A stretch of 61,123 nt of DNA, filler included, from Globobulimina sp. (lineage: Eukaryota): NCBI GenBank assembly GCA_003354225.1. It is 15 parts of 15 records of this genome, joined end to end, with 100 filler letters (N's around TTAATTAATTAA, not from the genome) between each part and the next. Parts side by side here need not be neighbours in the genome. Positions count along the whole stretch, not along the records: positions 12,256 to 16,239 come from PIVH01001785.1; positions 16,340 to 20,323 come from PIVH01001786.1; positions 20,424 to 24,406 come from PIVH01001787.1; 12 more parts are not named here. One strand, 5' to 3'. Made by a program: the position numbers and the translations under genes. Shown here one piece after another: positions 12,257 to 24,506 of the stretch; position 1 is the stretch's first letter, and the number at the start of each line of letters is the position of its first letter. Below the pieces are notes generated by a model that worked only from the letters and a program-made list of their open reading frames with translations, made no database searches and was not told the DNA's origin.

Positions 12257-15200
12257 TTGATCCAAACAGTATTCATAACTTACGACTCGAAGGCAACAAT
12301 ACATTCAAAATACAGTGATATTGCAGCCATGCAGGCGAGCGGAGGCACAAATTTCCAATCCGCTTTTGATAAAATTAAAGAAATATTAATTAAGTATAAA
12401 GCTGATTGTATGGAAGGTCGCATTAATGAGAATATCAGCATTTGTTTTTTAACCGATGGCCAAGATAACTCTTCATCAAATCGAAAAGAATTAGTTCCAA
12501 ATTTTAAAAAGATTATACGAGATTATTGGGTCAAATATAGCCACGGCAGCAATGGCAATGTGGTTGTTCATGCGATTGGGTTTGGCAGTGGCTGCGATAA
12601 GCACTTTTTGGAGGAATTACGCAGTGACAAATTGGGTACGTTTCGATACGCGGAGCCGAGTGATTTGGATGAAATGTTATGTTCGAAATTGAAAGCATTA
12701 TTTGCTAAAATCAGTGCATCGACGGCTATCCCAATTACATTGGATTTAAAAGATTGTGAGAAATTATTTTCATTTTACAAAGCAAAAAGTGACATTGTTG
12801 GTGCTGAGGATGACCAAAAAGACAATGTGATGGCTGTTCAGTTCCCAGTGAGTTCAGACAAATGTGGTGTGTTTACACAATGGATTGAATTGCTTGATGT
12901 TGATATTGATGATGAAAAAAAGAGAGATGGATATAATATTTATATAAACAGTGAAATGGATAAACATAAATGTGTAAATATTGAGATATCGATGGATGAT
13001 AACAATATTAATCAAGAAAGCAATATGGAACTATTCAATAAATGGATGTTAACATTAACAGATGATTTGGCCGCACAAATTTATAATTTAAGCAATGAAT
13101 ATTATACAAATTATGATGAAATTACATTTGATTTACACTGTGCTTTAATCCAACAAAACTGCCAAGTCTTAGAAGAGATTATCAATGTGGACAATAAATC
13201 ATTTCTGCAGTTAACTGATAAAATCGAATATTTATTAAATTCCATCATAGCTTTACGTCAGGGTTTATCCATAAATATGGGCAAAATTTCAGATATGAGA
13301 TTTGCATCACAGTTTGCCTCATCTTCGCGGCTGGCAACCTCCAATAAACACTGTGATCGACGAGAACAGTTAGAAGAGAAATATCGACAAATTGATTTGT
13401 TTGGGGAAGAGAAAAAAAGTCAAATCAAACGCGAAATATTACACAAATATGCATTTGATAACAAACACAAAGACAGGAATAAGTTACAAACAATGATTAT
13501 GGACATGTTGAATGATAAAGAAATCATTGCGTTTCTAAATAGTGAGAATATCGACGAAAAGGATATTTTATATGTTGATAATGATGGAAATAACGCTTTG
13601 CATTTATGTTGTTATGCTGGTAAATTTAATGTGGTCAAAGAAATATTATCAAAATATGGGAAACATATTGACATTGAATATGAGAATCCGGAGATTGAAA
13701 CTGCACTAACTTTAGCCATAAAAAAACGTGGTTATTATCAAACGATCCGAGTTTTATTGTCGTATCAAGCCAAAATTGATCCAGCTCGGTCTGAAGCATT
13801 GGAGCAGTTTGCCATTAATAATAATTATGTTATCACTGCGAAATTAATTCGGGATTTACGGACAAATTCGTCAGATCCGAATAAATTTATGAGCAGAGAG
13901 TATTTAATATATTTATATGAAGACGCAATGCAAAACAACAAAGAGATTGATGTACAGAAATATTTGCAATTATTTCTATCAAAACAAATGACAAAATATG
14001 TAAAGTTAATGATTAATAAACATAATGGAGTGGTTGACATAGATATGTTATTAAAATATTGTATTCCTCCAAAACCAGATGGCGTTGAGACGGAAAAATA
14101 TTTGAATCTCTCGAAAATATTATTGAATAAAGACAAAACATTGCTCAATCAACAAAATAAGGCGTTAGAAACGGCCTTATTCAAAGCTGCAGAAAAAGGA
14201 GGTTTGGCGCACTGTGAATATTTTCTGTCCTTAGGCTGTGCGGTCGACACAGTCAATGAATTGGGAAACACACCACTTTGGATATCAGCCGCAAAGTTGT
14301 ATCCGTGTATTATGAAATTATTAATCTCGCACGGCGCAGACGTGAACCATCAAAATATAAAAGGCAATCCGCCTCTGTATAACTTCTGTATTCGTGGCAA
14401 TGAAAAAGTTTGTAATCTGCTATTGTCGACAAATCGCGTGCAAATTGAAAATATGACAAACAAAAATGGCGATACGTTGATATTAATTTGTTGCAGAAAT
14501 AAAAATTGGAAGATCTTACCGTTGCTATTAAACTATGTGTCTTTGGAATTTGTGAATTTTAGGGCTCATATTGACGGATTTAACGCAATTTTTGCATCGG
14601 TTGAAACAAATTCTGTCGAATGTATAAAAATATTACATTCTTTTGGCGTGGATTTGAACCAAAAAACAGAGGATGATAATGCGATATTAGCGGGTGCCAC
14701 ACCTTTGCATTTGGCGTGTTATTATAAACGCTATGAGTCAGCAAAAGTATTATTGAGTTTAGGAGCAAATGTAAATGCAATGGACAATATTCATAAACAA
14801 ATTCCATTGACTTTAGCTGTGATACAATTGAATATTGAAATTATTAAATTGTTGGCGCGAAAATCAAATATTTCATTGAAAGATAATTATGGTAATACTC
14901 CGCTGTCGTACTGTCAAAATAATATTGAAATTCGCAAGTTATTAATCAATCCGTTATTGGATGTATTAAATAGTTTATGTACCGGCAAATTTAGAGAAAA
15001 TAAAGAAAGAATTGCTTGTAATGTATTGAGAAGATATTGTGGTTTAAGTGGTGGATGCTTTGCAACATCGTCAGCTGTAAATATTTGTGATTCTGACGGT
15101 ATGACTCCATTAATTTATGCTGTAATAAACAAGAAATATAATATTATTAAAACATTATTCTCATTGAACGCTGATCCAAACATAAAGAATAAATATGGAG

Positions 15201-16239
15201 TAAATTGTTTTATTTTCAATAAATGGATAAAAAATATTCAAATACAGCAAATATTGGCAAAATATTACGATGCGTTGTCGCAAAATCAACGCAAATATGT
15301 GGAAGCTGCAGTGAATAGATTGGAAAAAGCAAATAGTTTGTCATGGTTTAACTCTTTTACTTTAAATATGAATGCAGCGAATGATGGTATTTTCACTGTG
15401 TTGACGTATTCGGGAATTGCAGAAAGAATGCAAATGTTTATTCAAAATGTTACAAAAGCAAATGATTCGAATGCAATTCGGCAAAAGTTATTAGCTTTGG
15501 ATTTAGAGGAAATTAATAAAAAATATGACGAAAATGCTGTAGAAGGCGCGTTTAAATTTAATGATAAACAATTTGATGAGAATAAATATTTAAATATAAT
15601 ATTAAATTGCAAATTATTTACAATTAATTATATTGCCGGTGAAGAATATGGAGGAAACAAAGACGAAGCGGTTTTATCCGAAGCCAAAGATATATTTTTA
15701 TTAAATTTATACACAAATAATGACATATTATGCAGTTCAATGAATTATGAAATAATAAATAATTTGGCGAACCCAAATATAAATATTTTATATTCCATAA
15801 AATTATTAAATAATATATTAATGCAATTGGCCAGTTTTATTGGCGAAGTATTTGTTGGATGCAATAAAAGAATCGATCGAAGTTTGTTTTTAGTCAATTC
15901 TGTATTTTCATGGAATGCTTTTATTTCATGCAGTTCCCAGTGGCGAATGGCAATAAATAATTTACCAGATTTTACTACGAAAAAAAATGAAGGAACTGTT
16001 TTTTTAATTAAATCAAAAACGGGTAAACATATTGGAAGATATTCACAATTTTCATTTGAATCGGAAGTAATTTTCAAACCAAACACAACATTTAAAGTGA
16101 CGCAGTGGTACAAAGGTGATGTTATTTGTTTGGGACAAGAAAATATTCGAAAAAATACATTTGGAATTCAATTTAATGAAGAAATGAATAAATATTTAAA
16201 TTCAAATAAAGCATTAATTATTGAATTGGAAGAGGTTTA
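12257..16239 (+). CDS. VWA domain - ankyrin repeats - ADP-ribosyltransferase (R-S-E clade-like) protein, 5' partial, intronless
   Basis: VWA: GGTNF, FLTDGQD, VHAIGFG. Many ankyrin motifs (GNNALH, GNTPLW, GATPLH, GMTPLI). ART: LYT...FISCS...GTVFLIKS...ESEVIF. Probable stop TA[N] at 16238. Confidence 0.82.
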
Positions 16240-16339
16240 NNNNNNNNNNNNNNNNNNNNNNNNNNNNNNNNNNNNNNNNNNNNTTAATTAATTAANNNNN
16301 NNNNNNNNNNNNNNNNNNNNNNNNNNNNNNNNNNNNNNN

Positions 16340-16768
16340 CACTGCTATTAAATCAATGGCGGCGCGTTCAGACGACCGGAAGTATGGCGCTTTGATGGAG
16401 GCCATGAAATAAAATTTATCTGCGCTCATTGCATAGGGATATTGGTCATATTCGGGCGTACCACGTAGTGATAATGTTACATCTGTTTTTGGCGGTGATT
16501 TGGAGTCTTCGTCGCCTCCGTCAATGGTGTTGTTGTCGTTGGATTTCTCTTTTTCTTCTAATTTTTTTTGGATGGCGGCTAATTGAGCATCTTTTGCGGC
16601 CAATAATTTCTTCATTTCTTCTAATTCTTTGTCTTTGTCATTTTGGTCGTTGTTTGGAGCAGCTGCGGCTTGCGGTGCTTGGTTTGATGCACCTGGTTCT
16701 GTGGCAAATACCTGGTCGAAAATTTGTTCACTTACTTTGTCTAATTCTTCTTTTGTGGCTTGTGCCAT
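16340..16768 (-). CDS. N-terminus of a probable VWA-domain protein
   Basis: Coiled coil, then MASIKAP...ERAAIDLIAV, the usual lead-in to a VWA DxSGS motif. Truncated by the contig edge. Confidence 0.55.
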
Positions 16769-16912
16769 AATTGCTGGTTAATAAATGTACCGACCAGTGT
16801 GGTTTGTAAAGACGTTCTTTGTTGCTGTGGTCAGGATTATTTTGAATGCAGCTTGGGTTTGAGTTTTTTTTTTGTGCAGTTAATGTTTTTTATTTACATA
16901 TCTCACACCATC

Positions 16913-17761
16913 ATGTCAAAGAAACGAGGTTTTAAACAAATAGGCTGTGTTTCTTTATTCCCAGCGAGTAAACGAAGAAAAATATGTAAGGCTGATAATG
17001 AACACAAAGAAGAGGAATTTGGGCAATTGCAATTTCGATATTGTATGGATACAGACAATGAATCAATTGCTTCTGTGGTGGAATCAATAGATTCATTGGA
17101 ATCGGATATGGAGTATATGACTAACAATGACAATCAGAACGAGGAACAATGCACAGATTTGCTTTGCAAATTACAATTTAATTCACAATTTGTGATTCCA
17201 TCGAATCATTTTACTCAAACTATTTGTATATTTGGTGGTAATTATAAAATATTAAAATTAATGTTAGCAGACATTACAAACAATTTAGTTCAAATAATCA
17301 GTGATTATAACTTTAAATTACAATTACTTCATACAAATATAAATAAAAAGAATGAAAACAAAACAAAATTAATAAATACAATGGTGGCGCAACAATTATT
17401 GCAACATAAAGATACAGCAACGGTTGATACGATATCCACGTATCAAAATTGTGACATTTGTGTTGTATTTCCGGATAATAATATTAATATTTTATGTCAA
17501 GTTATTAATTTCATCAATGCACCAAAACAAAATAATATGCAAAACGTTAACAGGCTGGACATCATCGAGCAAAATAAGAGACTGTTGCTTGGAGACTATA
17601 AAAAAAGGATATTATTGGTAAATATTGCGGGCTTTTTTAATGGCTTACGATTGCAAATAATGAACTTTAACGACACGAAGGATTTGCCAAACCCAACAAA
17701 TATTTTGTTTGTTGATGGATTTAATGATGCAATGAAACAACTTACACAATGGAGCAGATGA
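16913..17761 (+). CDS. Hypothetical protein with basic NLS-like N-terminus
   Basis: MSKKRG...KRRK followed by an acidic patch; ~280-aa ORF. Confidence 0.6.
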   Translation: MSKKRGFKQIGCVSLFPASKRRKICKADNEHKEEEFGQLQFRYCMDTDNESIASVVESIDSLESDMEYMTNNDNQNEEQCTDLLCKLQFNSQFVIPSNHFTQTICIFGGNYKILKLMLADITNNLVQIISDYNFKLQLLHTNINKKNENKTKLINTMVAQQLLQHKDTATVDTISTYQNCDICVVFPDNNINILCQVINFINAPKQNNMQNVNRLDIIEQNKRLLLGDYKKRILLVNIAGFFNGLRLQIMNFNDTKDLPNPTNILFVDGFNDAMKQLTQWSR

Positions 17762-17902
17762 TCTATTTTATATAAACTTATTTCTTTCCCCTCACATGAG
17801 TCACATTTATTTAACGCTGTGTTTAGTAGTCATTCTATAACCAAACTTTAAGGGTATTAAATTAAACAATTTTAAAATAGTAAAATAAAAAAAAAATACG
17901 AG

Positions 17903-18414
17903 TCAATCACAATGAAATTTCTTTGAGTGTTTATTTAAATTTGATATGGATGCCAACCAAACATCGCATTGCTTGCAATGGTATAATTTTCGATTATTTG
18001 GGTTTAAATGCGTATGCAAATGTTTTTGTAATGAGTCTTTTCTATTAAATTGTTTCTTGCAATGTTTACAAGTCCATGGTCGTTGTACTGTGTTATGGAT
18101 GTTATTAATATGCGTTTTCAACTTACTTGGATCAAATTTCATTTTACAAAATTTACAGATTGATTTTAAATGTTTTTTATGTATTCTTTGGTGAATTTTT
18201 AGATCATGACTTGTTGCAAAGGATTGATTGCAAATAGGTCTATGAGGGCATTTAAATGATTTTGAATTATCGTTCCTATCAAAATGTTTTCTATATTTAT
18301 TTTTATCATTTTTATATTTCTTAAGTTGATATGGATGATGATCGAGTTTTTTCTGATGCTGTAATAATGAGTGTCTATCTTGGAATATTTCAAAACAATG
18401 CGAGCAACAAGAAA
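17903..18414 (-). CDS. C2H2 zinc-finger protein (4-5 fingers); 5' exon not resolved
   Basis: The frame is open upstream of the called ORF: CSHC..HQKKLDH, CPHRPIC..HQRIH, CKFC..HINNIH, CKHC..HLHTH, CKQC..HSKKFH. Confidence 0.8.
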
Positions 18415-18822
18415 CTATAAACAGTTTATGTTATAAGTAATTTCCAGAATATTCCTAAGAAGTTTAGACATACAAAATACATACATTTAAATCGGCAAAT
18501 GGCTTGATGTGTTTTGATGGATAAATTATTTCTATTTATTAATGTGGAGCAAATACATTTTGATTTATCTCCGAACACATGAATTGACTGTGGCTCGCCG
18601 AGGGAGTGTGTAATAATTATAAACTGATAATGATAAACTGTTCTTGTGTTGTTTTATAATATGATCCATTTCAATTGTGTTGGGTTATAATATCTTCTTA
18701 GTGTTGTTTTATAATATGAAAGGTGCTATTATCGGCGAGGATACTCTTACTAAGTAAGTTAAGTTTGTTTTGTTTTTTTTTTGCACAGCGAAAAAACGTA
18801 TTTACTTATTTTCTGTTATCAC

Positions 18823-20323
18823 TCATTTTTTCTGTTTCTGTGCTTGTAACTGAGCCCTTATCCATTTAAACCTTTCCACACATTCCTTTTTGGTTTTACC
18901 CGGCACCATTTCCGCCAATTTATCCCATTTCTCATTGGCCGGCAATGTCCTAACCGCTCTCAATGCATTCTCCAATGCACTCTGTTGTTCCTTTGTCCAT
19001 ATATCCATATCCTCGCTGTCACTCTCCTCATCTTCATCACTTTCATCATCTTCCTCCATTTGTGCGCTCTTCGCTTTCTTAGCCACATTCTGTTTGCCCT
19101 TCTTATTCCGACCCTTTTTGGTCAAATCCTTGACTTTTCCAATGATATCCTCCACGCTCCGATGTCTCCCAATCGTTTTTTGAATCTTTTCCCATCGATT
19201 CATAGTGCCGCCGGGGAACCTCATCACTGCATTCACCAACAAATTAACCTCCTCCTCACTCCATGGTTTACCTAATTTCTTCTGTTGTTGTTCCAATTCT
19301 TTTTTTCTCCGTAATTTCTCCGCTTTTTTCTTCTCTTTTTTTACCTTTTTCGCACTCACTAAAACTGCATCAAATCTCTCCAATTGTAACTCATTGCTAC
19401 TTTCATTCAATATACTTTTTATAGCCTCAATACTCGCATTAAAACAGATAGTGTCAATATGTTGACCCTTTATGTGCGAACTACGAAAATATTCCTCATT
19501 GCACAAAGTGCGCAATTTCAATGGGATTTGCACTTTTTCCTGTCGCATTTGAGCCATTTCTCGTTTTTTTTTATTATCAATCGCTAATTGCGCCAGTCTC
19601 AATTTCTCTGCTTTGAGAAAAATAGCATGTTCTTTCTCCTCTATTTCTCGTTCTTTTTTTAGTTTGCGCTCTTTTTTCATCTTCAAATCGTATAAAAACA
19701 CTCGTTTCTCCTCACATAACATACGCGTAACTCTCGGGTCGCGCACATATGCGTTTTCCACCATTTCTTGCACCTTTAATGACTCTTCTTTTTTATACGG
19801 TGCCTGTAACAACGCATTCTCTTTCATCATCCATTTCTTTTCCTTGTTATTTTCAGCGTTGTTCAAATCAAAAACGTTGGCTTCAATTTCAGCTTCGTGC
19901 AAAAACAAGCGCCATGACTTGAAATTGCGCCAAGATTGATAGAATTTAGAGACATAGCCAGGGCGTGATTTTTCATCGCCTAATAACATTTTGGTGCCGT
20001 AGCGGCTCCATTTTTTAAAATATGGTGCGAATAGTTCATAAAATTGTGCTTCGTTTACAGTTAAACGATGTTGTTCCATTTCAGCGGAATTAAATAATTT
20101 TACATTTTCTTCATAGTCACTATCGTTTTCTAAATCTGATGGTATTTTTTCATATTCGTCGGTGTTTGACGCTATTTTACTCATTGCAATCTGGCCTGGG
20201 ATATCGTCATCAAATTCGATTTGAGAGTCATGTTTTTGTTTTTCGTAGGGATCGGATAGTGTATCAAATGCTTTTTGGATTAATTTATAACGCGCTTCTG
20301 CCTGTTTTCGGTGTTCTTGTGGT
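18823..20323 (-). CDS. DNAJC2: DNAJC2/MPP11/zuotin ribosome-associated J-protein, 5' partial
   Basis: End of J-domain (YKLIQKAFDTLSDP), zuotin-homology FYQSWRNFKSWR and AYVRDPRV, and two SANT/Myb domains (WSEEE...RWEKI; WTKEQQ...KWDKLAEMVPGKTKKEC). Confidence 0.92.
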
Positions 20324-20423
20324 NNNNNNNNNNNNNNNNNNNNNNNNNNNNNNNNNNNNNNNNNNNNTTAATTAATTAANNNNNNNNNNNNNNNNNNNNN
20401 NNNNNNNNNNNNNNNNNNNNNNN

Positions 20424-22098
20424 CCATTCGCAATGCAAACAATTTATTGATTTATTAAATATAAATATGAAACTAAATAAGTATTCCATTCAATTTATGA
20501 ATGTGTTGCTGCAGTTTTATAATAAAATGGATGATATTGATAAGGTACAATATATATTTAATGGAATTGAGGATAAATATAAAAATATTTCCTGTATTAA
20601 CATAATGATAACTTGTCTTAATAGAAATAATGAGTATCGACAAAGTGTAAGTTTATATAAAGAATATGGGGAAATATTAAAGAATGATAATATGTCCAAT
20701 GTATTATTCATAACAGCATCCATCAAATGTAATGATGGGGAAATAATGAAACAATGTCTGTATTTTCTCACTTCATTAGATTTAGATATTAATGAACTAA
20801 GTATTGAATTTGTAACGAGTTTGATTCATTTCTATGGCAAAATAGGTGATATTTATAAAGCAGAAAATGTTTTTAATGAAAGAAATGAATTATTTAAAAT
20901 GGATATAATTTGTATCAATGCAATGATGAATGTTTATAATCAGAATTTGCAATATAATGAATGCATAAATCTGTATGAAAAATACAGGAAAATAACAGCA
21001 AATAATGATAGCTCCAATGTGTTGTTTATGAAAAGTTGTCTGAATATTTGTGATTATGAGAAATGTCAAGAAGTAATCAACAAAAAAGCATTGACAAACA
21101 TGAATATTACCAATCATAGCATTGAATTTATTAATATTATCATGGATTTTTATGGAATAATTGGTGATTTGAATAATGCAAAAACATTATTTGAGAAAGC
21201 CATGCAAAATAAAGGAGATATTGTCACAATTAATGCAATGATGAAAGCTTATAATGATAATAATAAATATGAGCACACATTGCAATTATTTAATTGTATC
21301 GATATCGCATTAAGAAAAGATAAATTTTCATATATCCATTCATTAAATGCATGCGCTCAACTTTTATGTTTACAAAATGGATTAAATATTATTAAAGAAA
21401 TCGAATGTGAGATATTGGAGGATTTGATGGTTCAATCTTGTCTCATTCGATTATATTCCAAATGCAGTCAATATGGCATTGCTGAGGATATATTTGATGT
21501 GATCCATAATGAGATTGATAAATATTTAAACAAATCGAATGAGAATAATAATGGGGTCATATCCATCTATTGTGCTGTGATGGATTGTTATGCAAAGAAT
21601 GGAGAGATTGGTAAATTATTGTTACTCTTCAATGAATTAAAAACATTCAATTTGAAAATACCACACAGCATTTATTGTATTATTTTAAATGCATTCACTC
21701 TTTATTCAAATCATAATGATAATTATATTGATGAATGTATGTTAATTTGGCATGAAATAACAAATAAAAATAACAACAAAAATAACAGTATCCATCCACA
21801 TATTATTAATGCTATTATTGATTATTTTGGAAAACATAATCATTTGGATAAAGCCGAAGATATTTATAATAAATATTGCGACGGAAATAAGCGTATTTAT
21901 CCAAAATTAAAATTACAAATATTATTATCAATGCTCTCAACTTGCAACATTTATAGTAATCGCATCTGTGCGCAACGTATTCAACTTAAAATGAGAGATA
22001 TAATACAAACAAACAAAACCAAACATCTCCGAAAGGAAATAGAATCAATGAACAGTTTATTGTCCAATGTTTTATCCGATAATTCTGGCCTCAGTTAA
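20424..22098 (+). CDS. Pentatricopeptide-repeat (PPR) protein, probably 5' partial
   Basis: Repeated ~35-aa units such as FVTSLIHFYGKIGDIYKAENVF and IYCAVMDCYAKNGEI. Confidence 0.88.
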
Positions 22099-22227
22099 TA
22101 ATTTAGTTATTGTTCCATATTTCAATGTTAAAATTATCAAACTAAACATAAAACATTTTTCTTACTTCTTTCAACTAAACCAAACCTTGCGCAGCAAATT
22201 AAACATTTTCATATTTCAATAATAATA

Positions 22228-23193
22228 ATGAAGAGACGATTACCTGATGTTGATTGTATGAATTATATTTCCCTATGAAAAATTAAATATTTTGATGCAT
22301 GCACGTTGTTTTTCTTTCAAATTCATGCATTTGTGTACATACTATTGCTTGATTAACGTAAATAATTATATTTGCAATAAATAAAAAAAGATTTGTCGTC
22401 GTTTTATGAAACAAAGCAAAATTTAGAATCAGCCCATAAACGACAACGGATATTCGCTCATCCAACTTCAAAAAGTAAGCTCTTACGGCAACACATGTAC
22501 CAATTCATAGAGAATCATAACTCAAATATCGACACCCAAATAAACGACGCAATTACCAAATTAGTGAGTATATTAAAAGGCGTTATTATTGATAATAATA
22601 TCGCTAAAATGCAAGAATTAGTATCTCACGGCATATTGGCTGAAATCAACAATTCGATCAATTCATATAATAATAATAATAATGACAGCAACGATACGAA
22701 CGGGATTAAAAATGTGGTCACGGAAATTCTTGGCTGCATTTTAGAGTACAATCGAGAGGAATGTTTATTAATTATATCGCCATTTATTGAATGTAAATAT
22801 TTCGATATAAATAAATTCGACAAACCAATATTAAACGATCCGTATAAAATTATTTTGTTTTTACATTCCAACTCATTTATTAATTTTCTCGGCGATAACG
22901 ATGGTCCAACACCGATGGTATTTGGTGTTGGTCGTAGAAAATGTGGCCGTTTATATTTTGGTTTTAAATTATTGCTATTATTGTCCTCCTCCTTTAACTC
23001 ACGAAACTTTCTTTTCTTGTTTTTCGATCGTAAATTATACGGCGGATCCTCCTCACTTTCAGTCTCCTCTTCCTCTGCGTCGATATTGTCATTATTGTTA
23101 ACCACCGAAGCTATGGACGCTAAATGTTTCAACGAAGTGGAGGAATCGCATGCAATTTCAATAGTTTTTGCATTCGCATTATTACTGTCATGA
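22228..23193 (+). CDS. Hypothetical protein with NLS-like N-terminus and helical/ARM-like segment
   Basis: MKRRLPDVD can splice (intron 22256-22390, phase 1) onto the ORF at 22393. The 3' third overlaps an opposite-strand ORF. Confidence 0.4.
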
Positions 23194-23874
23194 TTAGTGT
23201 GATTTTGAACTAATTTCTGTTCCAATTCATTCACGTTTTTGCAGCCGTGTTTGTTGCATAACGTAGAGAATGGCACAGCGTGCCGCAGTGAATTGGTATT
23301 TATGTCACTTCTAAACACCTTCGCTACGCTGTTGGTGGCACGCAAAGTGACAATGAATGCCAATTTGTTGTGTATCAAAGTGCAGTCATGGACTGCTTGA
23401 ATCTCACCCAAGGTCAATTTACGATTTCTCTGTGTATATTTTATGGATTTGTGGGTTTTTTTTAAATGACACAGCAAATGTTATAAATAAAATAGATTTT
23501 ATGATGTGCAATTTGTTGACGGTGAAAATCCGTGGACCTATGCTTAATAATAAAAGTTATGATGCATTAATTGTAAATGTGGCAAAGTGCATGCAATATT
23601 TGCAGAGGTAAATTGTAATGAGACGAAAACATGTATAGTGTGAATGTTGTATGTAGTTTGTGCCGTGTTTGAGGTAACATGTGTTGCATTTGTGCTAAAT
23701 TTGAATATGCAGCAAATATAAATTAATGCAACGTACCTTGATGGATGCGATCGGTATTGTTGTTGTGTCGGTTTTATCATCAAACGGTGTGGTAAGCTCC
23801 GATAATGGACAACTTGATGATATGGAAGGTACTGATGATGATTTGCTATTGCTGTCTTGATCCATATTTGACAT
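22626..23874 (-). CDS. Hypothetical multi-exon protein with acidic and basic low-complexity segments
   Basis: ORF 22626-23477 plus a likely upstream exon MSNMDQDSNSK. Splicing not fully resolved. Confidence 0.4.
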
Positions 23875-24034
23875 TATTAATAAGTCGATTTTGTTTTCAA
23901 TGTTAAACCAGGTATCAATGTACTTGTATCTCCACTTGAAACAAACAGTTTGATGATTAAATAACTAGTTGATAATCACTACAAGTTTTTCAGTAACATT
24001 TACTCGCATTTCTTGTTACATTAAATAACATGTG

Positions 24035-24406
24035 ATGGGGAATCATCATCAAAAACACCCAAACGATGATAAAAGCAGCAACACAGCCAAACCAAGCATT
24101 GATTTTAATTTTTTTTAAAACACAGAGATAAATGATATCGATAATAATCAATTGCAATGTAAATGCGCGACAATCAGTGAATGCAAATCAGTTCAAAGAG
24201 TGGTGAAAGCATTAAAATATTACGAAAGCTTAAATAACACAAAAAAGGAAAACAGTAACGGACAGGCAATATTCAGTGAGTTTTTAATGGAAATTTATAA
24301 ACATTATTTAGATGATATTTGTCATATTGTTGTAGGGCATGACGGCGATTTGGAAGTAATCAATAATTTATTATTAAAATGTAATGCCGATAATTGTTTA
24401 CTGAGT
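24035..24406 (+). pseudogene. Multicopy family member with in-frame TAA at 24116; paralog of 36337-36650
   Basis: Highly similar to 36337-36650 at the nucleotide level, but the aligned TTA codon reads TAA here. Confidence 0.55.
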
Positions 24407-24506
24407 NNNNNNNNNNNNNNNNNNNNNNNNNNNNNNNNNNNNNNNNNNNNTTAATTAATTAANNNNNNNNNNNNNNNNNNNNNNNNNNNNNNNNNNNNNN
24501 NNNNNN

